NCBI GenBank assembly: GCA_965116475.1
Contig: OZ220691.1
Location: forward strand, 2,112,001-2,176,000
From: Gemmatimonadota bacterium
GTDB taxonomy: Bacteria; Gemmatimonadota; Gemmatimonadetes; Palauibacterales; Palauibacteraceae
Direction of reading: 5' to 3'
Length of the DNA stretch: 64,000 bases
Positions 17,259-26,632 of this stretch are shown piece by piece (position 1 is the stretch's first letter; every line of letters starts with the position of its first letter). The position numbers were made by a program, and so were the translations under genes. Under the pieces are notes generated by a model that was not told the DNA's origin, searched no databases, and saw nothing but the letters and a program-made list of their open reading frames with translations.

Positions 17259-19049
17259 TCAGTACGCGGTGGTGCGGAGCACCGGCTGGAAAAGGGCCGT
17301 GCGGTGCGCGCAGACGGGGTCCGCGGGGCACGCCGCGCAGTCGGGTTCCGTCATCTCCGGGCACCGCGTCCGGTTCTGAAAGAAGAACCAGTCCACGGCG
17401 CCCATCGAGCGTCCGCTCAGGCGCCGGATCTCCCCGACCGCCTCGTAGCAGGCGGCGCGCACGGCCTCCTCCTCTTCCACGCTCACAACCTCCCGCTTCG
17501 CGAGCTTCGCGGCCAGCGTCTCGTCGACCGCGGAGACGACGCCGAGCCGGAGGCAACTGCGCTGGCAGTGGTAGTCGATGATCGGCGGCACGTCCGCGGC
17601 CTCCCCCAGCCGCAGGAAGCGCTCCGGCCGCTGGCTGAGGATCGCCGCGAGGAGGGCGGACTTCTTGCGCCACGGGTCCTCCTTGTAGCCGCCGACCGCA
17701 TCGAGGCGAGCGAGAAAGCGGACCAGGGGCCGCTCCGCGGCGTTGGCTTCGGCCAGGAGCGACGCCGGGGTCAGGCCGAGGCCCACCATGTCGCGGCCGT
17801 ATGCCCGCGCGCACGCCGGATGGAGAACGCCCGCGGGGAGCGGGTTGCGGCCTCCGTCGTCCCGGAGGCGATGGTCGAAGTCCGCGTCGTCGAGGCCGGC
17901 CTGGCCCGCGGGGGTGAGTTCGTCCGGCGCCTCGCGGGCCCAGCGCAGGCAGGCGGCCCACAGGTAGTCGCTGCCCTTGAGGGCCCGGCCCCCCAGCGAG
18001 GCGATCATCGGTTCCCCGTAGCGGGCCGCGCGCTCGTGCCAGAAACCGAACTGCTGCACGGTGCCGGCGAAGAAGAAATCGAGCGCCGCCGGATCGCCGG
18101 GTGCGGGGAAGCCGGAGCCCGTGAAGTCGAAGGCCGCGGCTTCGGGCGCCGTCGCGATGACCCCGGCCACGCGCCGAATGCGATCCCCGTTGAGGCGGAC
18201 CCGGGCATCTCGCGCCGGCGCCGCCGGCGGGTCGTCCGAGAGGAGGGGCGCCGGACCGATGCCGGTCACCGTGTGCGCGGCCCGGGCCGCCGCCACGCGC
18301 GCCGCGATGGCGGGGTGGTCTCCGGCCGCGAGCCGGGCCAGCGCCGTCCCGCAGAAGGTGTCGCCGGCGCCCGTCGGATCCACCTCCGCGACCTCGGGGG
18401 TGGGGATGTCGATCGCGTGGTCGCCCACGACGACGCGAGCCCCGCTGGGCCCCCGCGTGACGAAGACCGCGCGCCCCGGCGCGGCCGCCACCCGATCGAG
18501 CGACCCGAAGAGGAGACCGGCCTCCTCCTCGTTGCAGAAGAAGTAGTGGGACGTCTCCGCCACCCGCGCGACGACCTCCCGGTGCGCCCGGATCCCCGGC
18601 GCGTACGTCCCGCACCCGACGCGGACGCCCGCCGCCGACAGCCGCCGCGCGAACCCCAACTGCAGCTCCGGATCGAGGAGAGGGACGACGTACGCGAAGG
18701 CGCCCGGTCCCGCGTCGGGGATGTCGCCGTAGCGGATGTCCCCCTCGGAACCGCGCACCGCCCGGCGATAGACGGTGCGGCCATCGGGAAAGTACTCGAT
18801 CTCGAAGTGGGGGAGCGCCGAGGGCGGGACGGGCGGCCCGCGCCAGTCGAGGAGGCGGTCCGCCGGTTCGAGTTCCGCCGGCATGGGATCGGGCCGCGGC
18901 GCGACGACCGTCACTGCGGCTCCGGCCCGTTGCGCCGCGAGCGCCGTGTAGAGTCCCGCGCCCCCGGCGGACCGCACGGAGCGGCCGCCGAAGTGCAGGA
19001 GGTCCAGTGAGGGGCTCCCGACCACGAGGAGCCGTGGCCGGGTGCTCAT
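17259..19049 (-). CDS. PfkB-family carbohydrate/nucleoside kinase fused to a Qng1/Q_salvage(DUF2419)-like N-glycosylase domain with 4-Cys motif
   Basis: N-half: GGAG, FCNEEEA, VTRGPSG, DPTGAGDTF. C-half: QFGFW, KKSALL, IDYH, EEEAVRAA, VDWFFF, C-X7-C-X2-C-X5-C, RTTAY-stop. Confidence 0.8.
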   Translation of the reverse strand: MSTRPRLLVVGSPSLDLLHFGGRSVRSAGGAGLYTALAAQRAGAAVTVVAPRPDPMPAELEPADRLLDWRGPPVPPSALPHFEIEYFPDGRTVYRRAVRGSEGDIRYGDIPDAGPGAFAYVVPLLDPELQLGFARRLSAAGVRVGCGTYAPGIRAHREVVARVAETSHYFFCNEEEAGLLFGSLDRVAAAPGRAVFVTRGPSGARVVVGDHAIDIPTPEVAEVDPTGAGDTFCGTALARLAAGDHPAIAARVAAARAAHTVTGIGPAPLLSDDPPAAPARDARVRLNGDRIRRVAGVIATAPEAAAFDFTGSGFPAPGDPAALDFFFAGTVQQFGFWHERAARYGEPMIASLGGRALKGSDYLWAACLRWAREAPDELTPAGQAGLDDADFDHRLRDDGGRNPLPAGVLHPACARAYGRDMVGLGLTPASLLAEANAAERPLVRFLARLDAVGGYKEDPWRKKSALLAAILSQRPERFLRLGEAADVPPIIDYHCQRSCLRLGVVSAVDETLAAKLAKREVVSVEEEEAVRAACYEAVGEIRRLSGRSMGAVDWFFFQNRTRCPEMTEPDCAACPADPVCAHRTALFQPVLRTTAY

Positions 19050-19059
19050 GCCGCCGGCG

Positions 19060-20445
19060 TCAGCCGCCCTGCTGGCCCTGCTGCTGGTCCGTCGTGATGC
19101 GCCCGGCCGCGCCCGCCGGCCCGTTGTCCCAGTCCTGGGCGCTGGAGATGTTCGGCACGCCCCAGTCCTCGCCGTTCCAGCCCTGGAAGCCCTCCATCCG
19201 GAAGGTCCACAGACCCGTCGTCATGTCGCTCACCACGATGAGTCCATCCTCGTTGCGGATGTCGACCCCGAACGTGCCGTTGAAGACGGGGGTCCGGTCG
19301 ACGTTCGGCGGCCCGAGGTAGGTGTCGTAGTGGCCCACCGTCATCGGGTTCTCCGGGTCCATCATGTTGAACACGACGAGTCCGTCCAGGTAGCCCGACA
19401 CGAACACGAGCGGCCAGCGCACCTCGTGGTTGTGGACGAGGTTCTTCCAGTTCGCCGTCCACGCCGCGATCGGGCGGTTGATGGCGGACACCTCGCCGTT
19501 CAGTCCCGGCCGGAGATCGAAGATCCTCAGCGGCGCGTACTGATACTCGGTCTCGGCGATCGCGAAGTTCCCGTCCGGCGTGGGCGTGAACGTGTGGCCG
19601 CTGCGAATCCCGGAGACCCCGACGATCTGCGTCAGAAGCTCGGGGCTCCCGAGATCCGTCACGTCGTAGATGTAGTAGCCGCCCGTGCCGCCGCCGTAGA
19701 AGCGGTCCGTCCCGGTTTCCGGGTGATAGCCGAGATAGAAATCGTGGTATCCCCGCCGCCGGTTCCCCTGCATCCCCTGATCCGGGACCGGAATCTGCGC
19801 CACCATCTCATCGCCCCGTCCCTCGACGAGCGCGCCGAGGTCGTAGACGGCCGCGTACGGTCCCGAGACCGTGGCGACGAGATACACGTTCATGTTCGAG
19901 TGCTTGTAGATGAAGATGTTGTGGAAGCCGCCCGGGAGATCGGGCTCCCTGATGCGGGCCACCTCACGCACCGTCGAGGCGTCCGGCAGGCCCGTGACGT
20001 CGAGGACCACGGCCCCCATGTCGGAGTCCGGGCCGCCCTGCCCGAACTGGAGCGACTGCACGACGTAGTAGCGGTCCCCCCACTTGAAGTGCTTCACGTC
20101 CATCCCGCCGGTGCGCTGGTGGAGGTCCTGGTCCTCGATCCGCCACTCGTAGAGCACCTCGGGGTTCTCCGGGTCCTCGATGGAGACGATGTCCAGCCCC
20201 TTTGGGCCCACCGGCCCGTACTGCATGCGCGCCACGTACGCGTAGGGCCGGTGCATCTCCTGCTCGATGTCCATGTCCGCGATGCTGAGCCGCGGGCCGA
20301 GCGGGACGTGTCCGAGCACTTCCATGTTCCGGCTGCCGCGCTCCACGACATCGATCGCCTGGGCGTCGAGTGCCGCCGGGGCGACGAAGACCGCTCCGAG
20401 CACGGCGAGCGCGGAGAGCGTCAGGGTCCGATTTCCAACCTTCAT
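19060..20445 (-). CDS. Secreted LVIVD-repeat (beta-propeller) protein
   Basis: Signal peptide; repeats such as LDIVSIEDPENP, IYDVTDLGSP, VFNMMDPENP; HN/HD motifs; GGAGG SD. Confidence 0.75.
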   Translation of the reverse strand: MKVGNRTLTLSALAVLGAVFVAPAALDAQAIDVVERGSRNMEVLGHVPLGPRLSIADMDIEQEMHRPYAYVARMQYGPVGPKGLDIVSIEDPENPEVLYEWRIEDQDLHQRTGGMDVKHFKWGDRYYVVQSLQFGQGGPDSDMGAVVLDVTGLPDASTVREVARIREPDLPGGFHNIFIYKHSNMNVYLVATVSGPYAAVYDLGALVEGRGDEMVAQIPVPDQGMQGNRRRGYHDFYLGYHPETGTDRFYGGGTGGYYIYDVTDLGSPELLTQIVGVSGIRSGHTFTPTPDGNFAIAETEYQYAPLRIFDLRPGLNGEVSAINRPIAAWTANWKNLVHNHEVRWPLVFVSGYLDGLVVFNMMDPENPMTVGHYDTYLGPPNVDRTPVFNGTFGVDIRNEDGLIVVSDMTTGLWTFRMEGFQGWNGEDWGVPNISSAQDWDNGPAGAAGRITTDQQQGQQGG

Positions 20446-20479
20446 TCTTTCCTCCGTTTTCGAACTGGCGGCCCGCGAG

Positions 20480-22213
20480 CTAGCCGGGATCCACCGTGAA
20501 CACCATGGACATGCCGGCCTCCAGATGCTCCGCAATATGGCAGTGCGCCATCCAGCGGCCAGAGTTGGAGGCCTCGAGCAGGATGTCGAACGTCGACCCG
20601 ACCGGGATCACGACCGTGTCCTTCCAGGCGAGATTGTCCGACGGCACCCCGTCCTTCGAGAGCACGAGGAAGCGCTGGCCGTGGATATGGATCGGGTGCT
20701 GCATCGGGTGGAACGAGCGGCGCTGGTTGTGGATGCGGATCTTCCGCACGTCCCCCACCGTGAACCGCCAGTCGATGTCCCGGTTCTCCTGCCCCGTCCG
20801 CGTGTCGCGCAGGATCCAGGTCAGGTTCTCCGATGTCGAGAGGAAGTTCATCATCGGCATCGCGTCCGTCCACTCCACGGGCGGGAAGTACAGCGTGTCG
20901 ATCGCCATCACCGCGACGATGTCGCTGGGGAGGTTCCCCACCCGGACCGTGAGTTCGAGTTCGTGGTCGACCGGCCGGCCGAACTCGCCGCGGTAGCGGT
21001 CAATGTCCTCGATGACGTCCACGTGCGCGCGCAGAGTGGAGAACGCGTCCCCGTGGTCCTCCGCCACCGGTTCGTCGAGGACCGTGACGAGCCCGAGCGT
21101 ATCCGTCTGCGGATAGAAGCGGCCGTTGAAGTGGTCGATGGCCTGGATCGGGTTGAGGAGCGCGTACGTGCCGGGCTCGTCGAAGCGGGCGTCGACGATG
21201 TACCGCTGGGCCGGGGCGAGGACGACGTTGGAGACGAAGCTCTCGCGCTCGAACTTGCTCACGTCGGCGCCGACGAGCTTCATCTCCGCGCCCTCGAGGA
21301 CGAGGTTGAAGGTGCGCGTGTTGGCGACGTTCGTGAGATAGAGGCGGCGAACCTCGCCGCGGCGGACCGTCGCCTCCCAGCGCGGCTCGCCGTTCACGAG
21401 CAACTGGTTCCCGAACCGGCCCATGAGCGTCTGCACGGCGGCTTCGCGTCCCCAGGGGAAGAGTCCTCCCTCGTCGACGAGCAGGTCGTCGAGCATGAGA
21501 AAGTCCTCGCCGTTCGCGGGACCGTAGTAGTCCGCGGCGGAGGCGTCGACGAGCATGTTCCCGTACAGGCCGAGGTCCTGCTGGATGTCCTCGCGGTGAT
21601 GGGGGTGGTACCAGTAGAGGCCGGCGTCCCGGAAATGGACCCGGTACATGAACGACTCGCCGGGCTCGACCGGATCCTGGGTGACTCCGGGGACGCCATC
21701 GAACTCGTTCTCGAGCCGGACGCCGTGCCAGTGGACGGCCGTCGGCAGGTCGATGTGGTTCGTGAACAGGACGATGATCTCCGCGCCCTGCGGGACGCGG
21801 ATGAGGGGACCGGGATACTGCCCGTTGAAGCCGTACATCGTGAAGGTCCGCGTCCCGATCGTGCGCCGCACGAACCCGGCCTCGAGGCGGAGCGTGTCGC
21901 CGTCGGCCATCTCCACGACCTCGCGGAAGACCGCCTCCGGGAGCATCGCCGGATCGTGGCCGGGGTCGGGCAGGTACGGGGTCACTACGGGGACGGCGCC
22001 CATCAGGCCCGGAAGCATCATCGGCATCGGGATCGGCTGCGGCGGCATGCGCCACACGGCCCCCGTGCTGTCCGTCGCCATCATGTGGCCCGCGTGCTGC
22101 TGCCCCGATGCCGGTGCGCCGCCCAGCCACACCAGCGCCTGAAAGGCCGCGCCGGCCGCGAAGGTACGGGCTGCCCGGTTGCCCGGTCGGCTCCTCGCCG
22201 CGCGAGGCATCAC
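20480..22213 (-). CDS. Three-domain multicopper oxidase (laccase/CueO-like)
   Basis: VHWHG, WYHPH, HPIHIHG and HCHIAEHLEAGM motifs; Met-rich N-terminus. Confidence 0.95.
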   Translation of the reverse strand: MMPRAARSRPGNRAARTFAAGAAFQALVWLGGAPASGQQHAGHMMATDSTGAVWRMPPQPIPMPMMLPGLMGAVPVVTPYLPDPGHDPAMLPEAVFREVVEMADGDTLRLEAGFVRRTIGTRTFTMYGFNGQYPGPLIRVPQGAEIIVLFTNHIDLPTAVHWHGVRLENEFDGVPGVTQDPVEPGESFMYRVHFRDAGLYWYHPHHREDIQQDLGLYGNMLVDASAADYYGPANGEDFLMLDDLLVDEGGLFPWGREAAVQTLMGRFGNQLLVNGEPRWEATVRRGEVRRLYLTNVANTRTFNLVLEGAEMKLVGADVSKFERESFVSNVVLAPAQRYIVDARFDEPGTYALLNPIQAIDHFNGRFYPQTDTLGLVTVLDEPVAEDHGDAFSTLRAHVDVIEDIDRYRGEFGRPVDHELELTVRVGNLPSDIVAVMAIDTLYFPPVEWTDAMPMMNFLSTSENLTWILRDTRTGQENRDIDWRFTVGDVRKIRIHNQRRSFHPMQHPIHIHGQRFLVLSKDGVPSDNLAWKDTVVIPVGSTFDILLEASNSGRWMAHCHIAEHLEAGMSMVFTVDPG

Positions 22214-22270
22214 GTGTTCACACCGGCACCGGTGGGATCGGATCGCGGACCGCGGCTCCGGACTGCCGTC

Positions 22271-22861
22271 TCAGAAATAGAGCTGGCAGTTCATGGCCTC
22301 GAACGGGCCGTGGCCGGCCATCGTGTGCAGCCGGCCGGAGGGGGACAGCCCCGTGAGCATGATCGGCCCCTGCCAGCGCTCGACATCGGCCGAGGCCTCC
22401 TCGCTCACGAAGATGAGGAACTGGTTCCAGGCGACCCGCGCCTCGAGCCCGTTCTCGTCCGACAGGGTGCCGAGTTGCACCCACTCGTCGAGTTCGGGCT
22501 TCGCGGCCCATACCACATAGACCGCGCCGCGCCGCTTGCGCATTTGGTCCACCTGGATCTCGATGTCGAAGGTCTGGAAGCCGCCTTCGTCCACGGTGAT
22601 CTCGAACGGCGACCCGGGCTGCGTGAGCGTCATCGACCCGCGGCTCCCGGGCGCACTCTGGGTGCCCGACAGCCGGACCACTTCGGGGGTGCGGAGGCAG
22701 GCGTCGACGGGAGGGGCCGCCCCCCACGGCGTCGCCCCCACCGGAGCCGGGATGCCGCGCGGTCCGGCGGCCCGTGCCTCGCCCGACACGAGCGAGCCGA
22801 GAGCGATCGCGAAGACGACGGTGGCGCCGGTCGCGCCGGCCTGCTGTTTCATGCTCTTCAT
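22271..22861 (-). CDS. Exported hypothetical protein
   Basis: Clean ORF co-oriented with neighbours, signal-like N-terminus, C-terminal HTMAGH; start uncertain. Confidence 0.6.
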   Translation of the reverse strand: MKSMKQQAGATGATVVFAIALGSLVSGEARAAGPRGIPAPVGATPWGAAPPVDACLRTPEVVRLSGTQSAPGSRGSMTLTQPGSPFEITVDEGGFQTFDIEIQVDQMRKRRGAVYVVWAAKPELDEWVQLGTLSDENGLEARVAWNQFLIFVSEEASADVERWQGPIMLTGLSPSGRLHTMAGHGPFEAMNCQLYF

Positions 22862-22935
22862 GCTCGAAAGGTCGAATCCGCCGCGCCGCCTTGCAAGCGG
22901 CCAGCGGCCGGGCGCGCGCGCCGGGCGATCGCCCA

Positions 22936-23766
22936 TCAGTCCGGCCCGGGCCGCCCGGCTCCCCCGCGCCTGCCGCTGCGGCCATCGGGCCGGCCGATCT
23001 CGGTATCCGTGAGATCGAGGCCCAGGTCGAAGGTGGCCGCGTATCCGTCGTCCGCCTCGCTCACCCGGGCCATCAGCCTCTCGCCACCGTCGCGGCGAAA
23101 GATGCCGTCGTCCGCGTTGCTCATGGGACGTTGTCCGCGCGCCGCGTACGGCGCCTGCGCGTGCACGCTGTCGGTGAGCGCCTCGTCGAAGTAGAGCTGC
23201 GAGGTGAACTCATACGGCTGGCCGGAGATGTCCGTGCGCACCTTGAAGTGTACGTGGACCGCCCGCCCGCGGTACCAGCCCGGATAGATCGTCGTGAACC
23301 GGGCCACGCCGTTCTCGTCCGTGTGCTGGTAGCCCCGGAGGAAGTGTAGTTCCTTCGCCGACTCGGGGGCTCCGTCGTCCTCCACGCCCGAGTACACGCC
23401 CTCGGCGTCGCACTGCCACACGTCGATCAGCGCGCCGGGCAGCGCCGAACAGTCGCCCTGCGCGATCTGCGAGACGTTGAACCTGAGCGTCAGCGGGATG
23501 CCCTCGCTCACCGTGCCGGTCGACGGATCGGACCGGATGTCCGAGCGTTCGAGCCGCGCGTCGACGAAGAAGGGCCCCTCGGTCTGCTCGGGCTTCGCCA
23601 CACAGGTCGGCAGTGGGCGGGCGATCCCGTCCGTCTGGGCGGCGAGAGAGGTGCCCGTTCCCAGAACCCACCGACCGGCGGCCAGCGCCCCGCCGCCGAC
23701 GCCGAGAGCGGCGAGCACCTCGCGCCGCGTCAGTACCCGACCTCGCTCAATGTCCTCGTGCCCCAT
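22936..23766 (-). CDS. Tat-exported intradiol ring-cleavage dioxygenase family protein
   Basis: TRREVL Tat motif; EGPFF, DVWQCDAEGVYS, TIYPGWY.GRAVHVH and TSQLYF motifs. Confidence 0.92.
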   Translation of the reverse strand: MGHEDIERGRVLTRREVLAALGVGGGALAAGRWVLGTGTSLAAQTDGIARPLPTCVAKPEQTEGPFFVDARLERSDIRSDPSTGTVSEGIPLTLRFNVSQIAQGDCSALPGALIDVWQCDAEGVYSGVEDDGAPESAKELHFLRGYQHTDENGVARFTTIYPGWYRGRAVHVHFKVRTDISGQPYEFTSQLYFDEALTDSVHAQAPYAARGQRPMSNADDGIFRRDGGERLMARVSEADDGYAATFDLGLDLTDTEIGRPDGRSGRRGGAGRPGPD

Positions 23767-23798
23767 TGCCGCACCTCCAGAGGGTTTGGGTCCGGGCG

Positions 23799-24323
23799 TC
23801 AGTCGCCTTCCGGATCGCTCTCCTCGATGATGATCTCCCGTGGGGAAGTCCGCGGCCCGCCGCTGCGACCCGACCGACCGGTCCCGGGGCGCGCCCCGAA
23901 GTTGCCGTACAGGCCGCTGAACCCGCCGCCGGATCCGCTCATCACCTGAATTGTGCCACGCTCGATCCCGGCGCTGAGCCGGTCCCGGACACGGGCGATG
24001 AGGCTCCGCCTCACCGGCGGGATGAGCAGCAGGATCCCGGCGATGTCCGTGATAACACCCGGGGTGATGAGCACGATGCCCGCCACGAGGATCAGGAGCG
24101 CGTGGACGAGTGATTCACCGGGGAGCGCGCCCCCCTGGAGTTCGTCCCGGACGGCGAGCCAGGCGCGCAGCCCTTCGCGCCGCGCGAGCCACGCGCCGGC
24201 GAACCCCGTCCCCATGACGAGCAGGAGCGTGGGGCCGAGTCCGAGCAGGCCTCCGACTTGAACGAGGAGCGCAAGCTCCACGACGGGGACGATCGTGAAC
24301 AGCAGGAACAGCCGCAGAAGCAC
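23799..24323 (-). CDS. fxsA: FxsA family membrane protein
   Basis: PVVELALL...G, LITPGVITDIAGILLLIP. Confidence 0.9.
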   Translation of the reverse strand: MLLRLFLLFTIVPVVELALLVQVGGLLGLGPTLLLVMGTGFAGAWLARREGLRAWLAVRDELQGGALPGESLVHALLILVAGIVLITPGVITDIAGILLLIPPVRRSLIARVRDRLSAGIERGTIQVMSGSGGGFSGLYGNFGARPGTGRSGRSGGPRTSPREIIIEESDPEGD

Positions 24324-24359
24324 GGTCAGAACCGCGGGATCTTCAGAATCCGGACACCG

Positions 24360-24770
24360 TCAGAAGCCCATCATCGCCCGCACGGCCGGGTCGATCCTCT
24401 CGGGCGTCCAGAACGGCTTCCACACGAGGCTCACGACGGCCTCCTCCACGCCGTCCACCGTCTCCGCCGCATCCTTCGCGCCCCCGAGAATCTGTCCGCC
24501 GGCCGGGCAGCCGGGGCTCGTCAGCGTCATCGTGACCTTCGCCTCGCCCTCCTCGACCTCCACATCGTACACGAGCCCGAGATCCACGATGTTGATGCCG
24601 AGCTCCGGATCCGTCACGGTGCGAAGCGCGGTCCGCACCTGCTCTGCGATCTCCGGCGTCACTCCGGACGCCTCGTCGGCCGAGCCCGTGCCATCCGCCA
24701 TGCCGTCCGCCATGCCATCCGCCATGCCGTCCATCGGGTCCCTCGTATCCTTCGTGTCCTTCGTGTCCAT
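24360..24770 (-). CDS. Metal-sulfur cluster assembly factor (DUF59/SufT-like)
   Basis: DPELGINIVDLGLVY, MTLTSPGCP and PFWTPERI; start uncertain because of N-terminal tandem repeats. Confidence 0.9.
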   Translation of the reverse strand: MDTKDTKDTRDPMDGMADGMADGMADGTGSADEASGVTPEIAEQVRTALRTVTDPELGINIVDLGLVYDVEVEEGEAKVTMTLTSPGCPAGGQILGGAKDAAETVDGVEEAVVSLVWKPFWTPERIDPAVRAMMGF

Positions 24771-24826
24771 AGGTTTCGTCACCTTTCGACGGTCTGCCTC
24801 GCCTGGCCCGCCATCCGACACCTCGC

Positions 24827-26062
24827 CTATCCGACCAACTCGCCGGGGCGCACGCCCGGCTTCTCGAATTCCTTCAACAGATCCTCCACCGTGGGGCGCG
24901 CGCGCACCAGCGCCCGGCAGTCCTCCATCGCGCCGGTGGCGTTGATGAGGATCGTGCCGGTGAGCCGGTTGTCCGTCACGCAGTACACGATCGAGCGGCC
25001 GGAGCCGAGTTCGCCGGAGACGATCGTACGATCCACCGCGGCCGTCTCCCCGAACACGTTGATACTGAGATCGAACACGTGCGTGAAGAAATAGGAGAGG
25101 TGGTCGAACGCCTCCCGCGCGCCGGCCATGTTGCGGCCCGCGTGGCGGCCGTGCGCGCGGGCGTGGTCCCAGTGTTCGAGGCGCGAGAGCCCGCCCTCGA
25201 TGGGATCCGGGAAGCGGGCCACGTCGCCCGCCGCGTAGATGTGGGCCGCCGTCGTCTCGGCGAACCCGTCCACGACGATCCCGTCCCGAACCGCGAGGCC
25301 GGCCTGGGCGCCGAGTTCCTCGTTCGGCGACATCCCGACGCCTACGATCGCGAGGTCGGCGGAGATCTCCTCGCCGCTGTCGAGCACGACCCGCGCCAGG
25401 CGTCCCTCGCCTTCGAAGGCGGCCACGCCCGAGCCCATCATGAATCGCACGCCGCGCTCCTCGAAGTAGCGGCGGAGGAAACCCGCGATCGTCTCCGGGA
25501 AGACGCGCGCCCAGACGCGCGGCTCCACCTCCGCGACGATGGCATCGACGTCGAACTTCGACAGCGAGGAGGCCAGTTCCATCCCGATGAAGCCGGCGCC
25601 GACGAGCACGGCGCGCGACGCGCCGCGGGCCGTTTCGCGCAGTTGCTCGGAATCGGCGGCGGTGCGGAGCGTCGACACGCCGGAGAGGTGGCTTCCCGGC
25701 ACGTCGAGCCGCTTCGGCCGCCCTCCCGTCGCGATCAGAATGCGCCCGCCTCGAATCTCATCGCCCGCGGCCGTGTGGACGGTCATGGAGCGCGCGTCCA
25801 GGCGCCTCACCGGCGCGCCCGTGAACAGCTTGAGCCCGTCCGACTGCTCCTCGAACCAGCGCGCGGGCTTCACGTGCAGCAGGCTCCGCGGCGCCCCCTC
25901 CGCCTGCAGGAACTCCTTCGACAGGGGAGGTCGGTGATAGGGAGGGTCCGGCTCCTCGGCGAACATGGCGATCGAGCCGTCGCGGTCGATCTCCCGGATC
26001 CCGTCCACCGCCGAGACCGCCGCGAGGCCGCCCCCCACGATGACGTAGTCGAAGCTCCGCAT
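24827..26062 (-). CDS. FAD/NAD(P)-dependent ferredoxin-reductase-like oxidoreductase
   Basis: GGGLAA, PYHRPPLSK, ATGG, GAGFIGME, YAAGDVA and RLEHW motifs. Confidence 0.9.
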   Translation of the reverse strand: MRSFDYVIVGGGLAAVSAVDGIREIDRDGSIAMFAEEPDPPYHRPPLSKEFLQAEGAPRSLLHVKPARWFEEQSDGLKLFTGAPVRRLDARSMTVHTAAGDEIRGGRILIATGGRPKRLDVPGSHLSGVSTLRTAADSEQLRETARGASRAVLVGAGFIGMELASSLSKFDVDAIVAEVEPRVWARVFPETIAGFLRRYFEERGVRFMMGSGVAAFEGEGRLARVVLDSGEEISADLAIVGVGMSPNEELGAQAGLAVRDGIVVDGFAETTAAHIYAAGDVARFPDPIEGGLSRLEHWDHARAHGRHAGRNMAGAREAFDHLSYFFTHVFDLSINVFGETAAVDRTIVSGELGSGRSIVYCVTDNRLTGTILINATGAMEDCRALVRARPTVEDLLKEFEKPGVRPGELVG

Positions 26063-26068
26063 TGGTCC

Positions 26069-26632
26069 TCAGCCTCCGGCGTCTTCGGCCGACTGGTCGT
26101 GGACGATGAGCCAGGCTCCCTCCACGTTCAGCAGCACGAGCGTGAACGGCCCCGTCGATGTGACGGTGCCGTCGCGTTCGAGGACGTAGCGCGCCGTCGC
26201 GACGCCGACCCGCTCATCCACTTCCCGGACCCGCAGGTCCTCGAAGCGAAGGCTGTCCCGCGCCGCGCCCTCCGCGAACCCCCGGGCGTATCGCTCCCGG
26301 ATTCCGTCGTAGCCCTCGATGAGTCCCGTGGATCCGATATAGGTCGTCGTCGGAGATGGCGAGTAGGCGCTCATGAAGCCGTCGAGATCGCCCGCGTTCC
26401 ACGCCGCCGCCTGCCGGTCGAGCAGGGAGGCGACCTGCTCGGCGAGGTCGGGCCCCTCGTCCGCCACCGGAACGCCGTTGCTGTCCAGCCGCTCGAGCTC
26501 GCAGCCCCCCAACGCGAGTCCGGCCAGGGCGACCGCCGTCGCCGCCGCGATCCCCGAGCTTCGCCTCCCGATGTGTCGATTTCGGGTCTTTCGTCCCATC
26601 CCCCTGGTCTCTCTCAACCTGGCCTCTCTCAA
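26069..26632 (-). CDS. NTF2-like/DUF4440 (YybH-like) lipoprotein
   Basis: LGGC lipobox-like motif, AWNAGDLDGFM, WLIVHDQS; start either TTG 26632 (overlaps upstream stop) or ATG 26599. Confidence 0.8.
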   Translation of the reverse strand: MREARLRETRGMGRKTRNRHIGRRSSGIAAATAVALAGLALGGCELERLDSNGVPVADEGPDLAEQVASLLDRQAAAWNAGDLDGFMSAYSPSPTTTYIGSTGLIEGYDGIRERYARGFAEGAARDSLRFEDLRVREVDERVGVATARYVLERDGTVTSTGPFTLVLLNVEGAWLIVHDQSAEDAGG

